Below, one piece after another: positions 37,902 through 48,454 of a stretch of 64,000 nt of DNA (the stretch's first letter is position 1; each line of letters starts with the position of its first letter). This DNA comes from Armatimonadota bacterium (GTDB taxonomy: Bacteria > Armatimonadota > UBA5829 > DTLH01). A program made the translations under genes and the position numbers. The stretch lies in NCBI GenBank assembly GCA_039679675.1, contig JBDKUN010000039.1, positions 1 to 64,000 of the forward strand, in the 5' to 3' direction. The notes beneath the pieces are model-generated. The model ran no database searches. It saw nothing but the letters and a program-made list of their open reading frames with translations, and had not been told where the DNA came from.

Positions 37902-40196
37902 ATGAAGGGTATAGCTAGAGTGGATGGTCAGGAAACCGCCGATTACCAGGCAGTCATCCTGGCGTTCTCACACTTGTCAGACGCTGTTACAAACGGCCAT
38001 TCACCCGGAGGAACGCTTACAACTGCCGCGGAGACCGGCGCAGTACTCCTTCAAGCTGATTACGGCGCTGTTTTTGTCCGCGATGAGTCTTCGGGCACCA
38101 TAGAGATCGCTGCCTCATACCAGATCGAGACTCCGGCCCGGCGCACATCCATTCCTGGAGAAGCCGCAATCAGGGAATGTATAGAACGCGGCACCCCGGT
38201 GGTAGTACCGAATATCAGTATAGATAAACGGAAAGGGATGCAGACGCTGGCAAAGCTGGGTGCGGCATCTCTCCTCGCTGTACCGCTTAAGATCAACAGC
38301 CGCTGCTGCGGGGCCTTAACTGCAATGTCCAATACGCTTCGCGCTTTTTCGCCACCCGACATAGAAGTTTTGAGTGCAGTAGCCCGGCAGGCCGCATTTG
38401 CCGTATGGAAGTCCAAGCTCGCAGGCAATATTCTTCCCAACTCCGATAAAGGGATAATCTCAGCGTCCGATTTGGAGCTTATCGAAGTCGCAAATAGAAG
38501 AATTCAAGAGCTTTCGATAGTAAATAAGATCAGTGAGGCGGTAATATCGACTCTCGACCTCAAGCAGCTTCTGGAACTGGCAATCGAACAGTGTCTGTTC
38601 GCAATCGGCGCGACAGTCGGGTCGATTATGCTGCTCGACGATGACGCAAAGACTCTGACAATAAAATCCGCAAAGGGACTGTCCCAAAAGGTAGTGGAGT
38701 CCGCCTCGACTGCAGTCGGAGAGGGAATCGCCGGATGGGTAGCCCAGCACGGCAAACCCGTCCTGGTCCACGACGCGCACCAGGACCCACGGTTCAGGAT
38801 GAACCGCTACAGAGACGACATTACCTCGGCTATGTCCGTGCCTCTTAAGGCAAGAGGCCGGGTAATCGGAGTGATAAACACAAGCACCGTCGAACTCGGA
38901 CGAAGATTCGGCCCGGCGGAAGTCGAATTTCTGTCGACCATAGCCAACCAGGTCGCGCTGGCAATAGATAACGCACAGCTCTACGAACGATTGAGCCGCC
39001 GAACGACGGAGTTGTCATCGCTCCTTCAGATGTCCGAAGCTATTACCTCCACGCTGGAGCTGCATGAGATCCTTTCGCTCCTGTCTGAAAAGTTTTTGGC
39101 TATGCCGAACGCGGATGCGGGTGTCCTGCTTGCTTATGATGCCGACACCGGCAGGTTTCGCTGTCTGGACGGGCATGGGCTCCGCGAGCGGGACAGAGAG
39201 AGTGCCTATCTGCAGCTCGCGCTGCCGATTGCAAAAGGCGCACTCGCCGCCAGCGGCCCTCTATGCTGCGAATTGTCTCAGGATTCGCCCTATATGAGCG
39301 ATGTGGCTGAGATTGAGGGCTTGATAAGCGCGGTATGTATTCCTCTTCCTGCCGCCGGGAGTGTCGTCGGCGTTGCAGGAATTTTCTCCAGAAAACCGCA
39401 CGCATTTTCCCAGGCGGAGCTAGTCATGCTTGGCGCGTTTGCGAAACTTGCGGGTGTAGCAATCCATAACGCTCTTATTTACAAGCACAAATATGACATC
39501 GCACACTCTCTGCAGTTCCAGCTCGTGCCGGCAGTCCCGCTGACTATGGAAGGACTTGACATCGGACACAAGTTTCTTCCCGCCCGTGAAGTCGGTGGAG
39601 ACTATTACGACATAATAAGCGTAGCCACCGGCAAAGTGGGGATCGTAATAGCCGATGTCACCGGAAACAGCGTCCCCGCAGCCATGTACATATCGATGGT
39701 GAAGCACGTGCTGCGAGCTTATGCGGTGGAAGACAACCCTCCAGCCGATGTCCTCCGCCGGTTGAACCGTTTTGCGTGTGAAGCGACCCGTCCGGATGTG
39801 TTCATCAGCCTTTTCTATGGAGTCTTCGATGCGTCCGACCGGTCATTCCGCTACGTCAGCGCAGGGCATGAGCCGCCGATCCTCGTCCGCCAAAACGGTT
39901 TTGTAGAAAGGCTGCAGGCAGATGGGCTCCTGATCGGCGTCAAGCCGGATGTCGAGTACGAGGAGAAGAAGATATTCTTCGACAGCGGATCGACTCTGGT
40001 GCTCTTTACAGACGGGGTTATCGACTCCGCCGCCGTAGACAACAGGTTCGATGCAAGTGATATAACTGAGGCCGTAGCAGACAATCCGCTAAAGTCTGCC
40101 CAGGAACTCGCCGATAATATCTACGCAAGACTAATGGATATTTCGGCTGCCGAAACGCATGATGATGTGGCTCTAATTGTCCTGAAAGTTATGTAA
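37902..40196 (+). CDS. Triple-GAF SpoIIE/RsbU-type PP2C phosphatase
   Basis: Three GAF repeats (VPL..G motifs); VGGDYYD, IADV, AGH, FTDG, DD phosphatase motifs. Confidence 0.9.
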   Translation: MKGIARVDGQETADYQAVILAFSHLSDAVTNGHSPGGTLTTAAETGAVLLQADYGAVFVRDESSGTIEIAASYQIETPARRTSIPGEAAIRECIERGTPVVVPNISIDKRKGMQTLAKLGAASLLAVPLKINSRCCGALTAMSNTLRAFSPPDIEVLSAVARQAAFAVWKSKLAGNILPNSDKGIISASDLELIEVANRRIQELSIVNKISEAVISTLDLKQLLELAIEQCLFAIGATVGSIMLLDDDAKTLTIKSAKGLSQKVVESASTAVGEGIAGWVAQHGKPVLVHDAHQDPRFRMNRYRDDITSAMSVPLKARGRVIGVINTSTVELGRRFGPAEVEFLSTIANQVALAIDNAQLYERLSRRTTELSSLLQMSEAITSTLELHEILSLLSEKFLAMPNADAGVLLAYDADTGRFRCLDGHGLRERDRESAYLQLALPIAKGALAASGPLCCELSQDSPYMSDVAEIEGLISAVCIPLPAAGSVVGVAGIFSRKPHAFSQAELVMLGAFAKLAGVAIHNALIYKHKYDIAHSLQFQLVPAVPLTMEGLDIGHKFLPAREVGGDYYDIISVATGKVGIVIADVTGNSVPAAMYISMVKHVLRAYAVEDNPPADVLRRLNRFACEATRPDVFISLFYGVFDASDRSFRYVSAGHEPPILVRQNGFVERLQADGLLIGVKPDVEYEEKKIFFDSGSTLVLFTDGVIDSAAVDNRFDASDITEAVADNPLKSAQELADNIYARLMDISAAETHDDVALIVLKVM

Positions 40197-40228
40197 GCTC
40201 CTGCAAAGAAAGATCAGGCGAAATCGAT

Positions 40229-40654
40229 ATGAGTGATGTGCATCAAATCCGGCTGGAAGTGCCCAGCGCGGCTGAATACATCGGGATCATAAGGCATGCT
40301 GTTGCAGGCATCGCTGACAGGATGCAGTTTTCCCCCGGAGACATAGATGACCTCAAGCTCGCCGTCGGGGAAGCCTGCAACAACGCCGTAAAACACGGAT
40401 GCCCCAACAGCAGCCATCCATTCATCACTGTTACCTGCAAAGTCACCCCTGAAATGCTTGAAATAGAGATTAGAAACAAACTCAGCGGCGGAGAGCCCTG
40501 CCCTGTCCCAGCGCCGCCGCCCGACGGCATGAAGGAGGGCGGTATGGGGCTTTATATCATGCACAAGGTGATGGACAAAGTCGATATCATCTGGAAGAAC
40601 AAGACCGCCAGGATCCGTATGACCAAACGTCTGAAGCCGCATGCAGAGTTCTGA
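40229..40654 (+). CDS. Anti-sigma factor Ser kinase (RsbW-like)
   Basis: LAVGEACNNAVKHG, EGGMGL, MD motifs. Confidence 0.88.
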   Translation: MSDVHQIRLEVPSAAEYIGIIRHAVAGIADRMQFSPGDIDDLKLAVGEACNNAVKHGCPNSSHPFITVTCKVTPEMLEIEIRNKLSGGEPCPVPAPPPDGMKEGGMGLYIMHKVMDKVDIIWKNKTARIRMTKRLKPHAEF

Positions 40655-40692
40655 AACGCGAATGGAGGAGATTTCTGTTCGCTATTAAATAA

Positions 40693-42111
40693 TCAAGGCT
40701 CCAATATCCGATATGCAGAGCGGTCTATCTGGAACCAGCTGAACTTGGTTCCGACAGCCAGCATAAACGGCTGATTCTTCAACCTGCCGGCAGGACAAGC
40801 AGCCTCCATTTCTCGTTTTCCGAAAGCTACCTGCCATCCCTTTGGAGGCTTCACGCCCCTCCCCAGTGTAACGACCGCAGTGGGCCTGGAGCTGTCCAGC
40901 GGCCTGATCCGCAGATTGAAGCTCGTTGATCTGCTGATCGTTCCCCGCACCTTTATTCTGAAACAGAGTTGTCCTTTGTTCTCAGCCGCATAAATCTCAG
41001 TCAAATCGGCGGATGGACGGGAGTGTGATGGTATTCCATCATTTTGCGGGTCCACTATCACCGGGTCCAGATCACCCCAGTCACCTGTCCTGCCGTCTAT
41101 CCGGATTCTATCGCGGTGAGACAGGCCGAGTTCGGCATCTCTGATGCCGAAAAGCTCATTCTTCCGAACAAACCCCAAAAGGAACCTTCTGTTAAAGCCG
41201 GTCTGCGTGCGATATTTATCCATGGCTCTTTTCTTGGCCGAGATAGAATCGCTCTTGAGCTCATACTGATACCAGCGCGTGTCCATCCTGTCCAACCGGG
41301 CAGGAGGAGCAAGGTTCGTACCCTCATGCAGCCCCTGCGGCAGCGGCCAGTCACCGCGGTGCACAAGGTACAGGCCCACATGCCGGTCTTTCAGCCAGCC
41401 CTCATCGTACAGAGCCTCGGTCACAAAAGCGCTGGTTGCCCAGTGGTCAGGATGCTGGTCGCATGGGTGGGGAATGTAAATATCAGTCGGGTCTATCTCT
41501 TTAAGCACCTTTTTTACGTCGGACATCAACTGTCTTCCGGTAAACGGGGCATTTCGGGTCATCGAATTGGTGTATGGAGATCTGGAGTCATGGGTGTACC
41601 GGGATTCACAGGGCGTGTTCCAGTTGGACATCCACATCTGCTCAAGCCCCCTATCAGGATAGCCGAGCGTTATTACTCTGATTTTCGCCGCACTGACCGT
41701 CGCAAGAGCCGCGCGCGTCTCTTTCTGCCTCCTGTAGCCGAACCCGATGTAATACTGAGGCGAGACATTTATTGACCTGCTGTCGATCCTGGCTGCGTAG
41801 CGGGAGCCATCGCCGTTAGTCACCAAGACAACAGTAACCTTCGCTCCGGTGGCGGCAGCCTGGCGTATAAGCCCGCCGGCTGCGATCACTTCATCATCGC
41901 AGTGCGGGGCAAAAACGACTACACGCCTATCCGTGCCGGGCGTCTGCCACTTGCCGAACAGCACATTCAGCTCTTTCAGGTTCCCCCTTTGCAGCTGAAC
42001 AGCCGTAAGCGCAAGCGGAACTGCAACGATGATCGCCCAGATGCCGATAGCCCAGATTATTCTGTGTTTGGTGATCCTTATACGGCGCATATGGAAACGT
42101 TTAATATTCAA
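40693..42111 (-). CDS. Membrane-anchored PIG-L family deacetylase with C-terminal extension
   Basis: APHCDDE, TNGDG, LGYPD, HPDH; start may be ATG about 42090. Confidence 0.85.
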   Translation of the reverse strand: MNIKRFHMRRIRITKHRIIWAIGIWAIIVAVPLALTAVQLQRGNLKELNVLFGKWQTPGTDRRVVVFAPHCDDEVIAAGGLIRQAAATGAKVTVVLVTNGDGSRYAARIDSRSINVSPQYYIGFGYRRQKETRAALATVSAAKIRVITLGYPDRGLEQMWMSNWNTPCESRYTHDSRSPYTNSMTRNAPFTGRQLMSDVKKVLKEIDPTDIYIPHPCDQHPDHWATSAFVTEALYDEGWLKDRHVGLYLVHRGDWPLPQGLHEGTNLAPPARLDRMDTRWYQYELKSDSISAKKRAMDKYRTQTGFNRRFLLGFVRKNELFGIRDAELGLSHRDRIRIDGRTGDWGDLDPVIVDPQNDGIPSHSRPSADLTEIYAAENKGQLCFRIKVRGTISRSTSFNLRIRPLDSSRPTAVVTLGRGVKPPKGWQVAFGKREMEAACPAGRLKNQPFMLAVGTKFSWFQIDRSAYRILEP

Positions 42112-42625
42112 CCAGTGTATCCAGACGGTAACCTGCTAACCTGTCGCGGCCGTTCAGGAATGTCAGCTCGACGAGGAATACCAACCCGGCGACTTCTCCG
42201 CCCAATTCTTCTACAAGCTGCACAGATGCCGACGCTGTACCGCCCGTAGCCAGCAGATCGTCGACGATAACAACCCTTTGGCCGGACCGTATGGCATCCT
42301 TGTGGATTTCGACGGCATTTGTGCCGTACTCCAATGCGTATTCAGCCCTGATTGTCTCCGCAGGCAGCTTCCCGATCTTGCGAACAGGCACAAACCCTAC
42401 TCCAAGTTCCAGGGCAATCGGCGCGCCCAGCAAAAACCCGCGCGATTCGATGCCCACCACCACATCCGGATTCAGCCCCCGGACTTTGTCTGCCATGGAG
42501 CAGACTACTTCCTTAAACGCCTTCCTGTCCTGCAGGACCGGCGTAATGTCATAAAAAAGTATCCCGTCAGCCGGAAAATCCGGGACATCCCGAATAAGCC
42601 CCTTTAATGTCTCTTCCCGTATCAT
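42101..42625 (-). CDS. apt: Adenine phosphoribosyltransferase
   Basis: PDFP, ESRGF, LEYG, VDDLLATGGT. Confidence 0.96.
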   Translation of the reverse strand: MIREETLKGLIRDVPDFPADGILFYDITPVLQDRKAFKEVVCSMADKVRGLNPDVVVGIESRGFLLGAPIALELGVGFVPVRKIGKLPAETIRAEYALEYGTNAVEIHKDAIRSGQRVVIVDDLLATGGTASASVQLVEELGGEVAGLVFLVELTFLNGRDRLAGYRLDTLVEY

Positions 42626-43650
42626 CGGATAAGCTCCTTTTTGGTATACGGCGGTCGAATGATCCCCTGCTCCGTAATTATAGCAGTAATGAACTCCGCC
42701 GGGGTAACATCGAATGCCGGATTTATGACCGGGACTCCGGCGGGAGCAACAGCGCAGCCGTCGATATGCGTCATCTCTTCCGAAGGCCGCTCCTCGATCA
42801 CGATCTCGTCACCCGAAGCGATAGAGGAATCGATTGTAGATGTAGGCGCGGCGACATAGAACGGTACGCCGTGCGCTCTGGCAAGCACTGCGACGGAGTA
42901 GGTGCCGATCTTGTTCGCCGTATCGCCGTTTGCTGCGATCCTGTCGGCTCCGACCACGCAGGCGTCTATCATTCCTTTTCTCATAAGAGATGCTGCCATG
43001 TTGTCGGCAATTATCGTCACATCGATCCCGTCCCGGGCAAGCTCCCAGGCAGTGAGCTTCATCCCCTGGAGCCTGGGGCGGGTCTCATCGGCGTATACGC
43101 GCAGTTTCTTCCCGCTTTCCGCCGCTCCGCGGATGACCCCAAGGGCTGTCCCGTAGCCGACACAGGCTAAACCGCCCGCGTTGCAGTGGGTGAGCACGCC
43201 GTCGCCGTCTTTCAGGAGTTCGCCGCCTATCCGCCCGAGTGTCCGGCAGATGTTTTCGTCCTCATCGAGCATCGAGCAGGCCAACCGCATGAGTTCAGGC
43301 TTGATCGACTCGACAGGCTGGCCACGCAGCTCGCGGGCAAGATTGAGGACTCTGTCTATGCCCCAGAACAGGTTGACTGCCGTCGGGCGAGTGCCCTTGA
43401 TCTCTCCGGCTATCTCTTCAAGCCGGGCATAAAACCCTTCAAAATCGGTTGATGTTATCGACAAAGCTCCGATGGCGGCCCCAAATGCGGCTGTTACCCC
43501 AAGCGCGGGAGCACCGCGCACCTTCATCGTGCGGATAGCGTCGGCTACCTGACGGTAATCGCTGAGTTCGACAGTCACCAGCTCATGCGGCAGCCTGTTC
43601 TGGTCTATGATGACGATTTTACCGTCTTTGTAGTCTACTGTCCTAATCAC
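42622..43650 (-). CDS. mtnA: Methylthioribose-1-phosphate isomerase
   Basis: VRGAP, RPTAVNL, THCNAG, ETRP, ANKIGTY, NPAFDVTP; GTG start overlaps the mtnP stop. Confidence 0.95.
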   Translation of the reverse strand: MIRTVDYKDGKIVIIDQNRLPHELVTVELSDYRQVADAIRTMKVRGAPALGVTAAFGAAIGALSITSTDFEGFYARLEEIAGEIKGTRPTAVNLFWGIDRVLNLARELRGQPVESIKPELMRLACSMLDEDENICRTLGRIGGELLKDGDGVLTHCNAGGLACVGYGTALGVIRGAAESGKKLRVYADETRPRLQGMKLTAWELARDGIDVTIIADNMAASLMRKGMIDACVVGADRIAANGDTANKIGTYSVAVLARAHGVPFYVAAPTSTIDSSIASGDEIVIEERPSEEMTHIDGCAVAPAGVPVINPAFDVTPAEFITAIITEQGIIRPPYTKKELIR

Positions 43651-44459
43651 ATCCGTGCATGCTCTAGGGCTGTTGCGCACTTGCAGGCCCGCTTGGGAGA
43701 GATGCGCCTGATCATCTCCAAAATCACGTCCCTCACTCGCTCATTATTCGCGTGGAACACCTGCATGACATCATCAGCGCTGACGGGCTGCGCGCCTTCT
43801 TCCCCGACCAGCCCGGCGTCGTAATCCGTAATAAGCGCGATGTTGACATAGCAGATTTCCTGCTCCAGAGCAAGGACAGCTTCGGGATACTGGGTCATGC
43901 TTACCACATCCCAACCCATACTGGTGAACCACTTGCTCTCGGACTTGGTAGAGAACCTCGGCCCCTGTATTACGACGTTTGTCCCATGTTCATGGACGTT
44001 TATCCCGTGCTCTCTGATAACCTCTATCGCTATACGGCGGAGTTCCGGGCAGTACGGGTCGGCGGACGAGACATGCACAGCCACAGGGCCATCGTAGAAT
44101 GTGTCCTTCCTCCCGCAGGTGCGGTCGACGAACTGGTCGCATACCACGAAATCACCGGGTTTTATATGGGTTTGGAGGCTTCCGACTGCGCTTGGCGCAA
44201 TGATACGGGTCACACCAAGGGATTTCATAGCCCAGATATTGGCTCTGTAGGGGATCATGTGCGGCGGATACTGATGGTCTCGCCCGTGCCGGGGCAAAAA
44301 TGCTACTTTTCTGCCTTCGAACGTGCCGAGTGTCAACTTGTCGCTCGGCGCACCATAAGGTGTCTCGACTTTGAACTCTACGGCGTTTTCCAGGAGCGAA
44401 TAGAACCCCGAACCGCCAAAAACCCCGATTTCAGCCGTCTGTTGCATCGCGTTTACCAC
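43647..44459 (-). CDS. mtnP: S-methyl-5'-thioadenosine phosphorylase
   Basis: GGSG, TPYG, PRHG, SAVGSL, GPRFST, TDYD; adjacent to mtnA and apt. Confidence 0.93.
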   Translation of the reverse strand: MVNAMQQTAEIGVFGGSGFYSLLENAVEFKVETPYGAPSDKLTLGTFEGRKVAFLPRHGRDHQYPPHMIPYRANIWAMKSLGVTRIIAPSAVGSLQTHIKPGDFVVCDQFVDRTCGRKDTFYDGPVAVHVSSADPYCPELRRIAIEVIREHGINVHEHGTNVVIQGPRFSTKSESKWFTSMGWDVVSMTQYPEAVLALEQEICYVNIALITDYDAGLVGEEGAQPVSADDVMQVFHANNERVRDVILEMIRRISPKRACKCATALEHARM

Positions 44460-44521
44460 CTGTCAGTTTAGTAAGCTATTCAAGCGATTATGTGCTTCGG
44501 AGCCGTATTCAGAGTGGATGT

Positions 44522-45238
44522 TCAGCTCTGCCCGGCTTGCAACTGCCCTTTGCATTTTTGGAGTGCTTCGAGAGCTGCGGCCTGCTCGGCCTGCTTCTTG
44601 CTCTTTCCCGATCCGGTGCCCAGGCAATCGCTTTCGAGCCTTGCCTCCACGACGAACGTCTTATCGTGGTCGGCGCCCTCTTCACGGATAACCACATACT
44701 TGGGCGCCCTCTTGTAGCTGGCCTGTGTCAATTCCTGCAGGAGCGATTTATAGTCCCGGATGTGTTCCTGCCGTTCGATATCGGACAGGATCGATTCCAG
44801 CGCTCTCAGACAAAAATCACGCGCTGCATCCATTCCTACATCCAGATACATTGCAGCCACGAGCGCCTCGAAGGTATCGGCCAGAATGGAAAACCTGTCC
44901 CTGCCGCCGGAAGCTTCTTCTCCTGTGCTCATGAGGATCATCTTGTCGATCCCAAGCTGCTTTGCCGCTTCTGCAAGCACCGGTTCGCTCACAGCTACAG
45001 CTTTGGCTTTTGCGAGCTCTCCCTCGCTGCGGTCTGCATATCTCAGGAAAAGATGTTCGCAGATGACCAATCCCAGCACTGCATCGCCCAGAAACTCCAG
45101 CCGCTCGTTACTTTCCATTTCGGCGGCTTCGCCAAGGTATGATCTATGCGTAAGCGCTCGCTGCAGCAGGCCAAGGTCTTTAAAATCGGCCTGCAGCCTT
45201 TTTGCTATGCCGCGCAGCCGCCTTTTATCTACTGCCAT
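44522..45238 (-). CDS. rnc: Ribonuclease III
   Basis: NERLEFLGDAVL, dsRBD with SKKQAEQAAA. Confidence 0.96.
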   Translation of the reverse strand: MAVDKRRLRGIAKRLQADFKDLGLLQRALTHRSYLGEAAEMESNERLEFLGDAVLGLVICEHLFLRYADRSEGELAKAKAVAVSEPVLAEAAKQLGIDKMILMSTGEEASGGRDRFSILADTFEALVAAMYLDVGMDAARDFCLRALESILSDIERQEHIRDYKSLLQELTQASYKRAPKYVVIREEGADHDKTFVVEARLESDCLGTGSGKSKKQAEQAAALEALQKCKGQLQAGQS

Positions 45239-45324
45239 AATTTAAATCAAAGGAGTCGAGTGAATCGAGAAATTCTCGACTCGCTCCACTCCCTTTTCCT
45301 CCACTAATCTCTTCCCTAAATCCT

Positions 45325-46518
45325 TTATTTCAACTTTGCTACGGCCTTCTCTATCCGGTCGAGCCCCTTCACGATTGCATCCATGCCCGTCGCATAGGAA
45401 AGCCGCATATAATTAGGCGCTCCAAAGCCGGTTCCGGGGACCAGTGCAACCTTTGCTTCTTCCAAAAGGTATTCCGTCAGGCTCTCAGAGCCCGTAATCG
45501 TCCCGCCGTCCCAGCTTTTCCCGAACAGGCCGGTCACATTAGGAAATACGTAAAAAGCCCCGCCTGGAGTTGCACATCCGATACCCGGAATGCTGCACAG
45601 CCGTTCGACTATCACTTTTCGCCGCTTGTCAAACTCAGCCACCATCTTACGAAGGTCATCCTGAGGCCCTGTCAGCGCCTCAACAGCGGCTTTCTGGACG
45701 AAAGAGACCGCATTCGAAGTGCTGTGGTCCTGAATCCGGGTCATAGCGCGGATAATCTCTTCGTCGGCAGCCGCATAGCCGATCCGCCACCCGGTCATGG
45801 CATGGCTCTTGGAGAGACCGTTTACTGTGACTGTCAATTTTTTAATTTCAGAGCCCAACGAAGCTATGGAGACATGCTCTCTTCCATCGTAGATGATCTT
45901 TTCATATATCTCATCGGAGAGCACGTAAATATTCTTCGCAACCATAAGATCGGCTATGTCCTGCAGCTCGCTTCGGCTGTAGACCCCGCCTGTGGGGTTG
46001 CTCGGGCTGTTCAGGATGAGCAACCTGGTTTTGGGAGTTATGACCCGTTCGATCATCTCCGCCGTGGCGACGAACCCGTTTACTTCGCTCGTAACCAGGT
46101 GGACAGGAGTCCCCCCCGCAAGCCTTACCTGGTCCGGATAGCTCACCCAGTAGGGAGTCGGGACTATCACCTCGTCTCCCGTATTTACAAGCGCGAACAT
46201 CGCGTTGAATATCGAATGCTTTGCGCCGTTTGAAGCGATTATCTGTGACTTCAGATAGTGCAGGTTGTTGTCCGCAGCCAGTTTATCTACTATCGCTGCC
46301 TTGAGGGCATCTATCCCCGATGATGCCGTATATCTGGTAAACCCAGACTTAATCGCTGCTATAGCCGCATCTTTGATATTCTCAGGTGTACCAAAATCCG
46401 GTTCACCTGCACCGAATGAGATCACATCGATCCCTTCGGCCTTCATTTTATTGGCCTTAGCCGTAATGGCGAGAGTCGGAGACGGTTTCACGCTTCTCGC
46501 CCGATCAGATATCAACAT
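45325..46518 (-). CDS. PLP-dependent class I/II aminotransferase (aspartate aminotransferase-like)
   Basis: GEPDF, NSPSNPTG, DEIY, SKSHAMTGWRIG. Confidence 0.92.
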   Translation of the reverse strand: MLISDRARSVKPSPTLAITAKANKMKAEGIDVISFGAGEPDFGTPENIKDAAIAAIKSGFTRYTASSGIDALKAAIVDKLAADNNLHYLKSQIIASNGAKHSIFNAMFALVNTGDEVIVPTPYWVSYPDQVRLAGGTPVHLVTSEVNGFVATAEMIERVITPKTRLLILNSPSNPTGGVYSRSELQDIADLMVAKNIYVLSDEIYEKIIYDGREHVSIASLGSEIKKLTVTVNGLSKSHAMTGWRIGYAAADEEIIRAMTRIQDHSTSNAVSFVQKAAVEALTGPQDDLRKMVAEFDKRRKVIVERLCSIPGIGCATPGGAFYVFPNVTGLFGKSWDGGTITGSESLTEYLLEEAKVALVPGTGFGAPNYMRLSYATGMDAIVKGLDRIEKAVAKLK

Positions 46519-46537
46519 TACAAAGCCCCGTTGTTTT

Positions 46538-46633
46538 CTGTGGATTTTCGGCTGTTTTCTTAAGATACATACTTACGCCACCATAGCCGAAAATCTTTTT
46601 GGAGAGTTTCAGGCATTATCTGAAAACTCCTTG
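46538..46633. repeat. Element B copy with about 30 nt extra in the first hairpin loop
   Basis: CTGTGGATTTTCGGCT-insert-AGCCGAAAATC..GAGTTTCAG..CTGAAAACTCC. Confidence 0.75.
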
Positions 46634-46634
46634 T

Positions 46635-47876
46635 TTAAGGTGCTTTCTTGAGCACTATGGTCGCATTGTGCCCGCCGAAGCCGAAAGAGTTGGATATTGC
46701 AATCTTCAGATCGGCTTTCCTTGCCACATTCGGCACGTAATCGAGGTCACAGTTGGGATCCGGGAACTCATAGTTGATTGTAGGCGGGATGACACCTTCC
46801 TTGAGCGCCTGGGCACAGGCAACCGCTTCTATGGCTCCGGCTGCGCCGAGAAGATGTCCCGTCATCGACTTCGTCGAGCTGACAGGCACCTTGTAGGCAT
46901 AGTCTCCGAAGACCTTCTTTATCGCCATCGTCTCATACTTGTCGTTCATCTCGGTCGATGTGCCGTGGGCGTTGATATAGCTAACATCCTCCGGCTTTAT
47001 CTCAGCGTCATCGAGTGCAGCCTGTATGCAGCGGGCAGCGCCTTCTCCGTCAGGCGCAGGCGAAGTAATATGGTACGCATCGCCGGTCATTCCGTAGCCG
47101 ATTATCTCGGCATGGATCTTCGCACCGCGCGCCACAGCGTGCTCCAATTCTTCGATTACCAGAATACCGGCACCTTCGCCGATCAGGAACCCGTCCCGCT
47201 CCTTGTCGAACGGGCGGCTGGCCCTTTCCGGTTCATCGTTTCGGGTGGTAAACGCCTGGGCATTGCAGAACCCGGCGCAGGAAAGCGGGCAGATTGCGGC
47301 TTCCGCGCCTCCGGTGATCATCGCATCCGCATCGCCGCGCTTGATGATCTCGTAAGCATCGCCGATTGCATTGGTCCCTGTGGTGCAAGCTGTAACGACC
47401 GTCTCGTTGGGTCCCTTGGCCCCGAACATGATCGATATCTGTCCTGAACCCATATTAGCGATTAGCATTGGGACGAAGAACGGGCTCACACGGTTCGGCC
47501 CTTTTTCCAGGAGGACTCTGTGCTGTGTCTCCCAGGTATGGACACCGCCGATTCCTGAGCCGACCAACACTCCGACTCGCGGCGCGTTCTCCGGCGTGAT
47601 CGTAAGCCCACTGTCTTCTACCGCCATCTTGGCGGCTGCAACCGCATATTGGACGAACGGGTCCATCCGCCGGGCATCTCTTGGATCGATGTAATTGCTG
47701 ACATCGAATCCTTTCAGCTCTGCGGCTATTTTGCTTGTATGGTTGGATGTATCAAATCGAGTGATCAGACCCGCGCCGCTCTTGCCGGCAACGAGAGATG
47801 TCCAATATTCCTCGACAGTGAGTCCGACAGGCGTAAGCACGCCCATGCCGGTAATGACAACTCTTCTTTCTTGCAT
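46635..47876 (-). CDS. fabF: 3-oxoacyl-ACP synthase II
   Basis: [40 protein letters not shown]; start ATG 47876. Confidence 0.96.
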   Translation of the reverse strand: MQERRVVITGMGVLTPVGLTVEEYWTSLVAGKSGAGLITRFDTSNHTSKIAAELKGFDVSNYIDPRDARRMDPFVQYAVAAAKMAVEDSGLTITPENAPRVGVLVGSGIGGVHTWETQHRVLLEKGPNRVSPFFVPMLIANMGSGQISIMFGAKGPNETVVTACTTGTNAIGDAYEIIKRGDADAMITGGAEAAICPLSCAGFCNAQAFTTRNDEPERASRPFDKERDGFLIGEGAGILVIEELEHAVARGAKIHAEIIGYGMTGDAYHITSPAPDGEGAARCIQAALDDAEIKPEDVSYINAHGTSTEMNDKYETMAIKKVFGDYAYKVPVSSTKSMTGHLLGAAGAIEAVACAQALKEGVIPPTINYEFPDPNCDLDYVPNVARKADLKIAISNSFGFGGHNATIVLKKAP

Positions 47877-47890
47877 CAAGACCTCTATTA

Positions 47891-48012
47891 CTATGGATTT
47901 TCGGCTGTTTAGTAACAACCAATCGTGTACCGGCCAAACCGGGCTTACCCGCTTCACAGATAAGCCTTAGCCGAAAATCTTCCAGGAAAGTTTAGATTGT
48001 TACCCTAAACTC
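47891..48012. repeat. Element B copy with about 60 nt extra in the first hairpin loop
   Basis: CTATGGATTTTCGGCT-insert-AGCCGAAAATCTTCC..AGTTTAG..CTAAACT. Confidence 0.72.
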
Positions 48013-48119
48013 GTTATGGATTAATACCGGGAAAAAGGAACAGTCAATGATTGACAGGCGAATATCACCTGTTTTGCACATTTTCTGTTCCCAGTCCCTT
48101 GCTGTAGATTAGGCGATTA

Positions 48120-48353
48120 TTAACCGAGCTTCTGATCCACGTATGTCACGGCCTGCGTGACCGTCTGGATCTTCTCTGCATCCTCATCAGGAATCTCGAT
48201 ATCAAACTCCTCTTCGAGTCCCATGACCAGGTCTACTACGTCCAGGGAGTCGGCTCCGAGGTCATCGATGAACGATGCGGTCTCGGTTACTTCATCATCG
48301 CTAACCTTCAATCGGTCTACTACGACCTTTTTTACTCGCTCAAATGTTGACAT
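48120..48353 (-). CDS. acpP: Acyl carrier protein
   Basis: [30 protein letters not shown] before ATG 48353. Confidence 0.97.
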   Translation of the reverse strand: MSTFERVKKVVVDRLKVSDDEVTETASFIDDLGADSLDVVDLVMGLEEEFDIEIPDEDAEKIQTVTQAVTYVDQKLG

Positions 48354-48454
48354 ATTTCCACCTCCTTGCAAATACGGTTTCAGTTACAGTTATTTATAAG
48401 CGCCCAAGGGCGCTTCATCGTCGCTGACATTCGTTCAGTCAACAACAAATTTAA

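Noticed and set aside
47877..47957. N-terminal extension of fabF in the ORF track (similarly fabD, acpP, mtnA)
   Set aside because: Better starts with RBS or stop-codon overlap lie downstream, and the fabF extension is repeat-derived.
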